From an uncultured bacterium (GTDB lineage: Bacteria > Zixibacteria > MSB-5A5 > CAIYYT01): a DNA stretch of 64,000 bases. Under the pieces are notes generated by a model. It searched no databases and had not been told where the DNA came from. It saw only the letters and a list, made by a program, of their open reading frames with translations. This document shows positions 27,743 to 39,274 of the stretch, piece after piece. Each line of letters opens with the position of its first letter. The stretch's first letter is position 1. The DNA lies in assembly GCA_963726455.1 (NCBI GenBank), contig CAVSCK010000003.1, positions 192,001-256,000 of the forward strand. Direction: 5' to 3'. The translations under genes were made by a program, and so were the position numbers.

Positions 27743-28704
27743 AAATCCCGGCTCCGCTCTTTTGCTCGCGAGGCCAAGTCGGCGTCCCTTTGCTCGGAGA
27801 TTGAATTCGACCACATAAACGCTAACGCGTAATCGCGAATAGAGAGGTATTTCAAGCCTCGGGTTGTGACGTCGCCGAACCAGACGTAGTCGTCGATGTA
27901 TGGATTTGGCTTCGTCGGTTCGCCGTATGCAGCGGTCATAGATGCCAGCATGTTCTTAAACGCTTGGAACGATTTGATCGTGAGAATGACCTGAAAGAGT
28001 TGGTCTTTGTAGAACCCCAGGAGACAGGTATCTATTTTGACGCCGCCTACGCTATCAATTTTCCCGAGATAAGTCAGGCAACCGTTGCCGTCATCCTCGA
28101 CTTTTTGTCCAACGAATGATATCTCGGCGCGAGTGCTACCCCAGGCGAAACCGCGAAAGCCATCCGCGATTTTGGGACCTGGCTGGGCGAACAGCCGCGC
28201 GGCACGCTTCACCGCTGCCGTAAAGTCCAACGAGATTGAGGGTCCAGCAGATACCTTAACATCGCCACTGGATCGATCGTACCACACACTTGAATAGGTG
28301 CTGTCCGCATCGAAGGAATAGATATAGGTTGCAGTCGCCCCAGAACCAATGGTTTTCGCTTCGGCATGGCCAAAGGACTGTCGCAGAGCGGCAAGAACGG
28401 CATCCTTCTGGCCTGGATCAACCAAATGGAATTCGAAGGACCAAAGCCCACCACCTTTGAAACTCAGTCGGCAGTCCCGGATCGCACATCCGGCGTATGT
28501 TCTGAGTGAACAAGGGTAAAACACAACTCCGCCGGGATATTCGGAAGGTTTTTCTCGCTGAGAAAGTTCAATGAATGAAACCGCACGAAAATCGGTCCCC
28601 CATGGGTAGCCAGCAAACCCGTTAATGAAACTGTAGTCGGCCGCGGTCGCTGGCACAAGCATTGACAGAAAAGTTAGAACTACTGCCGCGATTCTTCTTA
28701 TCAT
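27739..28704 (-). CDS. Secreted cargo protein with two tandem repeat domains
   Basis: Signal peptide ending PATA; repeats start INGFAGYPWGT and ADGFRGFAWGS; RBS AGGAGGG. Confidence 0.8.
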   Translation of the reverse strand: MIRRIAAVVLTFLSMLVPATAADYSFINGFAGYPWGTDFRAVSFIELSQREKPSEYPGGVVFYPCSLRTYAGCAIRDCRLSFKGGGLWSFEFHLVDPGQKDAVLAALRQSFGHAEAKTIGSGATATYIYSFDADSTYSSVWYDRSSGDVKVSAGPSISLDFTAAVKRAARLFAQPGPKIADGFRGFAWGSTRAEISFVGQKVEDDGNGCLTYLGKIDSVGGVKIDTCLLGFYKDQLFQVILTIKSFQAFKNMLASMTAAYGEPTKPNPYIDDYVWFGDVTTRGLKYLSIRDYALAFMWSNSISEQRDADLASRAKERSRDF

Positions 28705-28914
28705 GGGCAAACTCCCTCCTGTAGTGTCTCTCCACTTCGTTGCTCGACTACCGTGATTACTGAGTTCACAATGATTACTCAGTCTATTCTCGTCAAGTCA
28801 ATTCGGACAGGAAGTGGGGGGACTTATTATCAAGATAGTCCCACTGCACCAAATTGTCCACCGGATTCGAAAAAAAGTGTTGACAAATTGAACGTGTGCG
28901 TTCATTTTCAACTC

Positions 28915-29706
28915 ATGGCGAGTAAACCTATTGCCTCTGAAAGAGAGGAATTTGATATCGAGCTGAGGCAGGATGCCAAAGCGCTTGAGGCTGTCTTAAA
29001 TACTCCAAGATATCCGGTTGGCACTGTCCGTCGGCTGGTCCCGGACCTATCGTACCGCAGGATTAACCTCTGGGAAAAGCAGGGCTTCTTCGCGCCTTTT
29101 CGCGAAACAGCCAGTACAGGTTGGCGCAAATTCACGTTTCTGGAAGCAGTGCTGATTCTCTTGATATCGGACCTTAAACAGCTTGGTCAACCCAGTGTCT
29201 ATCTAAAACACGCCTTGGCGACCTTCATAGGTTTGCGCTTCTTTCAAATTGTTGTGACCACGACACTAAGGGGAATGCCGCAAGTTGTGTTCTTCAGAAG
29301 TGACGGAAGTTTTCACTGGAGCCACGAACCTAACCTTGCAGCTGCACTCCGTGCCGTTCCCTCCTTGGGCTCGTTTGTGTACTGCCCAATTCACGAGTAT
29401 GTTCGCAGAGTCTTGGAGTTGTCGGGCATCCAACTGCAATTTGACGAATTCACCACGTATCGGAACCTGACTCGCGAGGAAGTAGCAGTTCTGCGGGCCA
29501 TTGCGAAGGAAGATTACGACAAGGTCACTCTCCTTCGAAAAAACGGCAAGATTCATATGATTGAGGTTGGTCACACGTTGAGAGGTGATTTGACTCCCGA
29601 CGATATTGCATTCGCAATAGGAGCTGGAGACTATCAAGAAATAACTCTCATGGTTGAGAACGGCAGAATTGTCGTTCTGAGACGGAATGACAGGACAAGG
29701 CTGTAG
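28915..29706 (+). CDS. MerR-type HTH protein
   Basis: LSYRRINLWEKQGFF..TGWRKFTFLE..ISDLKQLG; duplicated C-terminal DY..I...NG.I motif; TTGACA at 28880. Confidence 0.75.
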   Translation: MASKPIASEREEFDIELRQDAKALEAVLNTPRYPVGTVRRLVPDLSYRRINLWEKQGFFAPFRETASTGWRKFTFLEAVLILLISDLKQLGQPSVYLKHALATFIGLRFFQIVVTTTLRGMPQVVFFRSDGSFHWSHEPNLAAALRAVPSLGSFVYCPIHEYVRRVLELSGIQLQFDEFTTYRNLTREEVAVLRAIAKEDYDKVTLLRKNGKIHMIEVGHTLRGDLTPDDIAFAIGAGDYQEITLMVENGRIVVLRRNDRTRL

Positions 29707-29811
29707 GTCACGGAAGCGCTCCGAGCCATAGCCCTTTGCGATATTTAGACGTTTGCTGAGAGCAGCGAGAGCGACTCGCACTCTTGGTCTCACGGTTATC
29801 GAGGCCAGAGT

Positions 29812-29989
29812 ATGCTATCCGCAGAACGATGCCGGCAAATTTTGAACCGGCCAGATTTATCAGATGCAGAGGTGGAATTGATCCGAGATAGGTTGAGCGA
29901 GATTGGCCAAATCTTAATCCGGCAATACGTGGAGACGTTTGGCCGTACGGATAAGCTTTCAGATGTTGATATTGACCAAGGTGGTTCGC

Positions 29990-30003
<14 letters not shown>
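29812..30003 (+). CDS. Small protein overlapping the recombinase start (possible directionality/accessory factor)
   Basis: GAGG RBS; helical MLSAERCRQIL..LSDAEVELIRDRL; overlaps the recombinase ATG. Confidence 0.65.
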
Positions 30004-31544
<1,541 letters not shown>

Positions 31545-31614
31545 GTCAGCGAAGTCTACGATAATACGCTTCTCTTCCAATTTGTCAAGGAAATTGTTGC
31601 CGGCCGCTTCAGGC

Positions 31615-33327
31615 CTAGTGGCGAGTCACATAGAGTATGTAGAATACCAGTGTAGTCAGAATCAGTAAGCCCAGTGAACCCCAGACGAACAATCTCGCCC
31701 AGTCAATCTGATCCGGCTTATCTCCTGCGCGTGGCTCGATCGTTGCCGGTGAATCCTCCGCCCGCGCTATTTCGTCATGGATATCGGCGAAATTCTGGAT
31801 TCGTTCCGACGGCATTGTCCTCACCATCTTCTCGATAATGACCTTCAGTTTCGGCGGCGTCGTGCGCGCGCCGTCAATCCAAACGAATTTGCCGTAAGTA
31901 TCGAACGTGGGTTTGCGGTTGGTTAACAACTGATAGAAAATGATTCCCGCGGCGTATACATCCCCCGCCTTGCTCTTACGGCGTTCCGGCGCGGCATACC
32001 AGTTGGCGGCGTTCTTATCCAATGTCGCCATCAGAGCAAAATCACTAATCTTGGCCACCCCCTGCTGGTCGAATAGAATATTCGCCGGCTTGAGATTGCC
32101 ATGGATGATATTGTTCTTGTGCGCGAAGTCCATGCCGGTCGCGATCTGCAGCATCAGCTTGCGCGCATCCGGATGATGCATCGGTTTGACCATTCTGTCT
32201 GCCAGCGAACCTCCCGGCGCATATTCCATCAACAGAACCAGCTTGGCATTGTCACTGCCGACGCCGAAGATCGGCAGTATGTTTGGATGTACCAGATTCG
32301 ACAGGAGTCGTGATTCCCTCAGGCCGATATCCGGTTTCGTCTGCTTCTTGATTACATACAATTTCGCACTCAGACGATCTTCCACCAGGTACGTCGCTGC
32401 ATAAACCCCAGACTTGAGCGTGTCCAGGAACGAATAGCTTTTCGAGAACACCTTGGCCTTGCCCATCATGCCGGCGTCTGCGACTGCTGTCTGGTCACTC
32501 TTGTGCATAACTGCCAGGAGTGCATCCTTCATCTCGACGGCAGTCTGGAAACGGTCTGCCGGCCGGTATTCAAGCGCCTTGGCCACAATCTCGTCGTAAT
32601 CGCGGGGAAGTCGTGAATCGATTCTTGAAGGAGGCGTGTACCGTCCGAGCGGTTTCCTGCCGGTCAGCACTTCGTACAACATCACGCCGGCAGCATAAAT
32701 GTCCGTCGTCCGGTCGACACGCGATGAATCTTCTTTCTGTTCCGGCGACATGTATGCGAAGGTGCCGACCACGGCGCCGGTCTCGGTCAACTGCGGTGCT
32801 TCCCCGCCCAGAAGTTGCGAGATGCCGAAGTCCGCGATCAGTGCATTATCTTCGCCGTCGACGAGAATGTTGGCGGGTTTGATGTCGCGATGTATGATTC
32901 CATTCTTGTGGGCGTAATCAAGCCCCTTGAGAACCTGTACCACGATGTTCAGCTTGCGCTCCATAGACCAGGTGTTCATTTGCAGAATTGCCGAAAAATC
33001 CTTCCCTTCGACATACTGCATGATGAAATAGAGTCTGCCGTTGTCCTCGCCGCGGTCGAAGATCTGCACGATGTTTGGATGTGACATTTCCGCCAGCGTC
33101 GTTGCCTCGCGCTCGAACCGCTTGATCAATCCCGTCTGGTCACTGAGCCGACGATGCAATATCTTGATGGCCACTTTGCGGTTGAGCGACTTCTGCCGCG
33201 CCAGATAGATTTCCGCCAGACCACCCTCGCCGATCTTGCGGATGATCTCGTAATCGCCGATGGCGAATGCGTCGGGTATCTTCACTTTGGTCTGTGTCAT
33301 CGTCTGGTTCCGCAAATCGTGCTGCAC
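31615..33327 (-). CDS. Hanks-type Ser/Thr kinase with a second pseudokinase domain and C-terminal TM
   Basis: Domain 1: GEGGLA, VAIK, HRDIKPAN, DFG, SPE. Domain 2: HGNLKPAN, DFA, APE. Alternative start ATG 33300. Confidence 0.92.
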   Translation of the reverse strand: MQHDLRNQTMTQTKVKIPDAFAIGDYEIIRKIGEGGLAEIYLARQKSLNRKVAIKILHRRLSDQTGLIKRFEREATTLAEMSHPNIVQIFDRGEDNGRLYFIMQYVEGKDFSAILQMNTWSMERKLNIVVQVLKGLDYAHKNGIIHRDIKPANILVDGEDNALIADFGISQLLGGEAPQLTETGAVVGTFAYMSPEQKEDSSRVDRTTDIYAAGVMLYEVLTGRKPLGRYTPPSRIDSRLPRDYDEIVAKALEYRPADRFQTAVEMKDALLAVMHKSDQTAVADAGMMGKAKVFSKSYSFLDTLKSGVYAATYLVEDRLSAKLYVIKKQTKPDIGLRESRLLSNLVHPNILPIFGVGSDNAKLVLLMEYAPGGSLADRMVKPMHHPDARKLMLQIATGMDFAHKNNIIHGNLKPANILFDQQGVAKISDFALMATLDKNAANWYAAPERRKSKAGDVYAAGIIFYQLLTNRKPTFDTYGKFVWIDGARTTPPKLKVIIEKMVRTMPSERIQNFADIHDEIARAEDSPATIEPRAGDKPDQIDWARLFVWGSLGLLILTTLVFYILYVTRH

Positions 33328-33477
33328 CCCTAATCAGTATCATCGGAACAAAACTGATCGACCTTGAGCGAAATCTTCTTGATCCACAATGGCTTAGCAT
33401 GGCTGAGATCAAGGGCGTACGGAAACGGAATCGCGGCGTTTGTGTTCAGCGACTACATTGGTGTATATTCACCAAAG

Positions 33478-34902
33478 ATGGCACGAAGCAAAAATGATCT
33501 GCTCTCCGTTGACTTATTCTGCGATGTCCTGGCAAGTCTGATCCCGCGGTCAGATGTTGGCGCCTCCGGAAAACCCTTTTCGATTCTGGTCGCCCTTTCG
33601 GGTGGCCCCGATTCGGTTGCACTGTTGCATCTTATTCATGCCGCAGGCCAACGCATGCGATTCGCGGTTGAGGCAGCGCACCTCAACTACAAATTGCGCG
33701 GCGAAGACTCGGATCAGGACGAACAATTCTGCCGGAAAGTCTGCCGGGAACTGGGCATCAAGCTTCATGTGCAACTTACGGATTTAACTATGCGAAAACG
33801 CGGCTCGAACCTTCAGGCCGAAGCGCGTCGCGTGCGCTATGATTATTTCGAGAAAATTCGCTCACGCCACAAATCGATGTTGATCACCATTGCGCACAAC
33901 AAGACCGACAATGTCGAGACGATCCTGATGAACCTCGCACGCGGAGCGGGAACCTTCGGGCTCTCCGGAATCGAACCGGTGTCCGGATACGTCATCCGGC
34001 CGCTTCTCGATTTCTCGCGGGAGGATATTCTCGGTTATCTTCAGAAGCATCACTTCCCTTATCGTGTCGATCGGTCGAATCTGGAAGACAAGTACACGCG
34101 CAATAAGGTCAGGCAGCAACTGCTGCCGGCATTCACAAAGATTTTCGGCGGCGCCGCGCTCGACAATATCAACCGTGCCGGCCAGATAATTTCGGCACAG
34201 GAAGACTTTCTCCGAGGATATGTTGTGAAGCAATTGGAGCGCGACATCACAACTACGCCGTTTGGCAAGATAGCCCTTGATTTGAAGCGGTTCTCAGGAT
34301 ATGATGATTTCGTGAAGCGGCTCGCAGTTGTCTACTGCTTCGAGCGACTAACCGGCTCGATGAGAGAGTTCGATTCGGCGGCTGCAGAACGAGTTGTCGG
34401 CCTAAGCGACGGCGAAGGACAGGTGGACCTCAAGTCGAAAGTGATCGCCGAAGTCGCAGGCCGTCGGTTGTATTTGTATCGAAAGGACTCAGGTTCCGAA
34501 TCATACCGAGTAAGTCGAACCGGGACGACAAAACTACAGCGATTTGGTCTTGATTTGACGATCACCACCAATCTGGCATCCGCCCCGTCTCGAAAGACTG
34601 TGCGCTCCGGCAACAACTTTACCATCTTCCTGAACCAGGACAGATTGCGCGGCAAATTGTCGATAAGATCAGTAAAGGCCGGAGACCGGTTCAGGCCGCT
34701 GGGGATGAACGGATCGAAAAAACTCTCGGATTTCTTCGTCGATCGGCACATTGACCGCCCACTGCGCGAGGAAATTCCGCTGCTACTTTGCGGCGACAAA
34801 ATCGTATGGATAATTGGACACGAAATCGCCGATGAGTTCAAAATTGCGGATCGAACCACAGCGGCGGTCAAGTTGGAGGTAACTCCTTATCGCGAGCGTT
34901 AA
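33478..34902 (+). CDS. tilS: tRNA(Ile)-lysidine synthetase
   Basis: ALSGGPDS, AHNKTDNVET, RPLL, DRSN..Y.RN.VR, TilS C-terminal KKLSDFFVD. Confidence 0.96.
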   Translation: MARSKNDLLSVDLFCDVLASLIPRSDVGASGKPFSILVALSGGPDSVALLHLIHAAGQRMRFAVEAAHLNYKLRGEDSDQDEQFCRKVCRELGIKLHVQLTDLTMRKRGSNLQAEARRVRYDYFEKIRSRHKSMLITIAHNKTDNVETILMNLARGAGTFGLSGIEPVSGYVIRPLLDFSREDILGYLQKHHFPYRVDRSNLEDKYTRNKVRQQLLPAFTKIFGGAALDNINRAGQIISAQEDFLRGYVVKQLERDITTTPFGKIALDLKRFSGYDDFVKRLAVVYCFERLTGSMREFDSAAAERVVGLSDGEGQVDLKSKVIAEVAGRRLYLYRKDSGSESYRVSRTGTTKLQRFGLDLTITTNLASAPSRKTVRSGNNFTIFLNQDRLRGKLSIRSVKAGDRFRPLGMNGSKKLSDFFVDRHIDRPLREEIPLLLCGDKIVWIIGHEIADEFKIADRTTAAVKLEVTPYRER

Positions 34903-35440
34903 TATCGATCACCAACTGGAAATCCTGATCAACAAAGCCCGGTTGCAGGAGCGCATTGCCGAACTGGCACAGGACATCACGCGTGATTACAGCGACAAGC
35001 GGCCGCTTCTGATCGGCACGTTGAAGGGCTGCTTTGCTTTTCTGTCCCACTTGGCACTCGAACTTGATTTTGACCTCGAGATAGACTTTATTTCGGCGCG
35101 ATCGTACGGAGATTCCGACCGGACATCGGGACGCGTCGACTTGTTCAAGTATCTGTCGATCGACGTTCGTGATCGGCATGTCCTGCTCGTGGAGGATATC
35201 GTCGATTCGGGTCTTACGCTGCGCATCCTGCTGGAGGATTTTCAGTTGGCCAGGCCCAAGTCGGTCGAGGTAGTAACGTTGCTCAACAAGCACCAGAGCC
35301 ATCGCGTCGAGGTGCCGATCAAGTACGTCGGGTTCGATATCGGCGATGAATTCGTGGTCGGCTTTGGACTTGACTTTTCGGAGAAGTACCGGAACTTACC
35401 GTACATAGCCGTGTTAAATCGTATGAACAGGAACCCCTAG
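34889..35440 (+). CDS. hpt: Hypoxanthine phosphoribosyltransferase
   Basis: LKGCFAF, SYG, VLLVEDIVDSGLTL, FVVGFGLD..YRNLPY. Likely start is ATC 34889 after GGAGGT (track uses TTG 34943). Confidence 0.95.
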   Translation: MASVNIDHQLEILINKARLQERIAELAQDITRDYSDKRPLLIGTLKGCFAFLSHLALELDFDLEIDFISARSYGDSDRTSGRVDLFKYLSIDVRDRHVLLVEDIVDSGLTLRILLEDFQLARPKSVEVVTLLNKHQSHRVEVPIKYVGFDIGDEFVVGFGLDFSEKYRNLPYIAVLNRMNRNP

Positions 35441-35459
35441 TTGGTTGGAGTAAAGGCAC

Positions 35460-37410
35460 TTGGACAGCAATCTCGAAAGAAGACCTAATTTACCACCGCA
35501 ACAACCCAAACGCGGAGAAGATCCGAAGGGCGGTAACGATTCGAACTGGAAACGCAATTCCCGGACGATTTTCTTCTGGCTTGTTTTTCTCACTATAGTC
35601 GTTCTGCTGCTCAAGTACGTTGCGTCGCCGCACACTGAGCGGACGCTCATTTCCTACACTGACCTGCTCGACCAACTCAAGAAGAATAATATCGAAGAAG
35701 TTACTTTTGTCGACCGCGAGGTACGCGGAAAATTCAAAGCCAAGTTCGTGCCGTCCGATCTCAAGGGCAAGTCCGACGGCATCGACAACTTCCAGGCGAT
35801 GATTCCGTTTAGCGATCCCTCGCTGGTCAGCAAACTCGATTCTGCCGGTGTCAAAATCAGCGCCGAGAAAGTCCGAGGATAACTGGTTAAGCTATCTTGT
35901 CAGCTTCGCTCCATTCCTGCTGATTGTCCTCTTCTGGATATTCATTATGCGCCAAATGCAGGGCGGCGGCCCCAAGAATCTATTCAGTTTCGGTAAGTCA
36001 CGCGCCAAGCTTCTGAGTGAAGACCGTCCCAAGGTCACTTTCAACGATGTCGCCGGTGCGGACGAAGCCAAAGAAGAACTGCAGGAAGTTATCGAGTTCC
36101 TGAAAGAGCCGGGCAAATTCCAGCGGCTCGGCGGCAAAATTCCCAAAGGCGCTCTTCTAATCGGCCCTCCCGGAACCGGCAAGACCTTGCTGGCGCGCGC
36201 CGTCGCCGGCGAAGCGGGTGTTCCTTTCTTCTCGATGTCCGGTTCTGATTTCGTGGAAATGTTCGTCGGCGTGGGCGCATCCCGCGTCCGCGATCTGTTC
36301 GATCAGGGCAAAAAGAATGCTCCGTGCATCATCTTCATAGATGAAATCGACGCGGTGGGCCGTTTGCGAGGGGCCGGCCTCGGCGGCGGACATGACGAAC
36401 GCGAGCAGACACTAAACCAGTTGTTGGTCGAGATGGACGGTTTCGAATCCAACGACGGCGTCATCCTCGTCGCGGCCACCAACCGTCCCGATGTACTCGA
36501 TCCGGCGCTGCTTCGTCCGGGACGATTCGACCGCCAGATTGTGGTCAACCTGCCCGACGTCAAAGGCCGTGAAGGTATCCTGCAAGTGCATATGCGAAAG
36601 CTGAATCTTTCCGATGATGTTGATATGAAGGTCATCGCCCGTGGTACCCCCGGCATGTCGGGCGCCGATCTCGCGAACGTCGTAAACGAGGCGGCTCTGC
36701 TGGCTGCGCGGCACAATGGTGACAAAGTCGCCATGAAGGACTTTGAACAAGCCAAAGATAAAGTCATGATGGGCGCCGAACGCCGGTCATTGGTAATTTC
36801 CGAAGAGGAAAAGCGCACGACGGCCTATCATGAAGCCGGTCACGCCTTGGTGGGCAAACTTCTTCCCAAGGCCGACCCGGTGTATAAAGTAACGATCATA
36901 CCACGAGGTTTGGCACTGGGTGTAACCAGTTTCCTGCCGATCGAGGAAAAGCATACTTATTCCAAAGAATATCTCGAAACGAAGCTCGTCTACCTCATGG
37001 GCGGACGTGCCGCCGAAAAGCTTATTTTCGATCAGTTCACTACGGGCGCCGGCAATGACATCGAACGCGCGACTGAGTTGGCGCGCAAGATGGTTTGTTC
37101 CTGGGGCATGTCGGATAAACTCGGCCCGTTGACATTCGGCAAAAAGACGGAAGAAATATTCCTCGGACGCGAAATCGCCCAACACCGCGACTATTCGGAG
37201 AAGACGGCGATGGCAATCGACGAGGAAGTCCGAGGTATTGTCGAGCATTCTTACGCCAACGCGGAGGAGATTCTGCAGGGCAATCTTGACAAACTGCATA
37301 ATCTCGCGACGGCGCTTTTGGAACACGAGATTCTCGACAGCGACGACATCGACATTATCTTGCGCGGCGAGAAACTGGCCAGAATACCTGCTAACGCACG
37401 GAAAGCATGA
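35460..37410 (+). CDS. ftsH: ATP-dependent Zn metalloprotease FtsH (one extra A near 35870)
   Basis: Two TMs split over two frames; [24 protein letters not shown]. Confidence 0.96.
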
Positions 37411-38262
37411 TCAACAAGGCTTCGAGGGCAGTCGACCAAGTTACGCCGCTATTTAACAATTCAAATCATATTATAGTTATGGGTGTGGTAAATACCACAC
37501 CCGATTCTTTTTCCGACGGTGGCAAGTTCTTTGACACCGAACGCGCGGTGGAGCGCGCTCTGCAATTGGTCGCGGACGGCGCCGATATCATTGACATCGG
37601 CGGCGAATCCTCACGACCGGGAGCTGATCCCGTTTCGACCGACGAAGAACTACGCCGCGTCCTTCCCGTCATCGAAAGGCTGATTCCACAGATCGACGTA
37701 CCGATTTCTGTCGACACCTACAAATCACAGATCGCACGGCAGGCGCTGGCAGCCGGAGCGGCTATCGTCAACGATATCTCGGCCCTTTCCTCCGACAGGC
37801 AATTGGCGCAGGTCGTCGCCGAGTTCAACGCCGGACTTGATTCTGATGCATAAACGCGGCGCTCCTAAAGTGATGCAGGTCGATACGCGTTATGACGATC
37901 TAATATCGGAGATCACAAAACAGCTCGCGGAAGCAGTTGCGAGTGCCGAAGCCGCGGGTGTTTCACCCGACAAAATTATGATCGATCCCGGCATCGGCTT
38001 TGGAAAAGACCTTGCGGGAAATCTGGAAATCATTAAATCTATAGGGAGCTTTGCAGAACTCGGCAAACCGGTGCTTATCGGCGCTTCACGCAAGTCATTC
38101 CTCGGCCTTATCACCGGCGCCGACGTGGAACATCGGCTTTCCGGCTCGCTGGCTGCGGCAACCGCGGCGATTCTTTACGGTGCTGCAGCAGTGCGCGTAC
38201 ATGATGTAAAGGAAACCAGGCAGGCAGTGGATGTCGCGCTGCAATTGCGACAGGTGAAGTAA
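37407..38262 (+). CDS. folP: Dihydropteroate synthase (one extra T near 37838)
   Basis: [51 protein letters not shown]. Confidence 0.95.
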
Positions 38263-39023
38263 TGGCGTTGTTCAGTTACAAGTTCATCAGATTCACCCTG
38301 ATTGACCTGCTCGACGTGCTGGTCGTCGCTTTCATCTTCTACAAATTTCTGACCCTGCTCAAAGGCACCCGCGCGGCGCAGATGATCACCGGCCTGACCA
38401 TCATGTTCATCGTCGCCTTCTTCGCCTTTTGGTTTCAGTTGCAAGGGCTCATGTGGCTTTTCTCCAATCTGGCCACCGTCGGTTTTATCGTTCTGGTGAT
38501 TCTTTTCCAGCCGGAGATTCGCGGCGCGCTGGCGCAGATCGGCTTTTCGCGTATCACCAAGTTCTTCTATCGAGGCGAGGACTACGCAACCGTCGAGGAA
38601 ATCTGCCGCGCTGTTCTCAAACTCTCAGTACTGAGCCACGGCGCGCTGATTGTGATCGAGCGCAATATCGGACTGCGCGATTTCGTGCAGAGCGGCAAAG
38701 AGATCAACTCGAAAGTATCCGAGGAGTTGATAACCACGATCTTCACGCCTTACACATCTCTCCACGACGGTGCAGTCATCATCCGTCAGGACTTGATCGT
38801 TGCCGCCGGTTGCATGCTGCCGCTATCGCAGAATCCCGCCTACCATAAGATGTTCGGTATGCGCCACAAAGCCGGTGTCGGCATCACCGAGGAATCGGAT
38901 GCGGTCTGCATAATCGTGAGCGAAGAAACCGGCGCCATATCGATCGCCCTTGAGGGCGCACTGCGCCGCGATATCGAGCGTTCCCAGTTCAAAGAAATCC
39001 TGATCCGTTTCCTCAAGGCCTGA
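38262..39023 (+). CDS. cdaA: Diadenylate cyclase CdaA/DacA
   Basis: Three N-terminal TMs, FQPEIR, HDGA, GMRHKAG, VSEETG. Confidence 0.95.
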   Translation: MALFSYKFIRFTLIDLLDVLVVAFIFYKFLTLLKGTRAAQMITGLTIMFIVAFFAFWFQLQGLMWLFSNLATVGFIVLVILFQPEIRGALAQIGFSRITKFFYRGEDYATVEEICRAVLKLSVLSHGALIVIERNIGLRDFVQSGKEINSKVSEELITTIFTPYTSLHDGAVIIRQDLIVAAGCMLPLSQNPAYHKMFGMRHKAGVGITEESDAVCIIVSEETGAISIALEGALRRDIERSQFKEILIRFLKA

Positions 39024-39026
39024 GAC

Positions 39027-39199
39027 TATTCTCTGAAGGTTGTCCCGTAGGACTCATACAGCGCAGTTGCGGCGGGTCTTGATTTCGCGCGTTGTTTGGG
39101 AAGCCCTTGATAGTTTCTGATTTCCAGCGCGAAATTGTGACCTGCCGCTCTTGCGATCTGTCGAAAGTTGAACTAATGGGACACCGTCTCCAGCGAATA
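39027..39199 (+). ncRNA. Long rod-like imperfect hairpin (structured RNA or MITE-like element)
   Basis: Arms 39027-39090 and 39127-39199 pair over most of their length; mismatches are mostly G-U on the + strand. Confidence 0.5.
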
Positions 39200-39274
39200 A
39201 CTTCACAATCCTTGACGTTGTCTCTTAGTTTGCGTATATCTGCGTTCACGTATGATGCTCAGTAGGAGTTACAA

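Noticed and set aside
35860-35885. Programmed frameshift in ftsH (also considered for folP and marR)
   Set aside because: No slippery heptamer or stimulatory structure; same one-base-insertion signature as other errors in the window.
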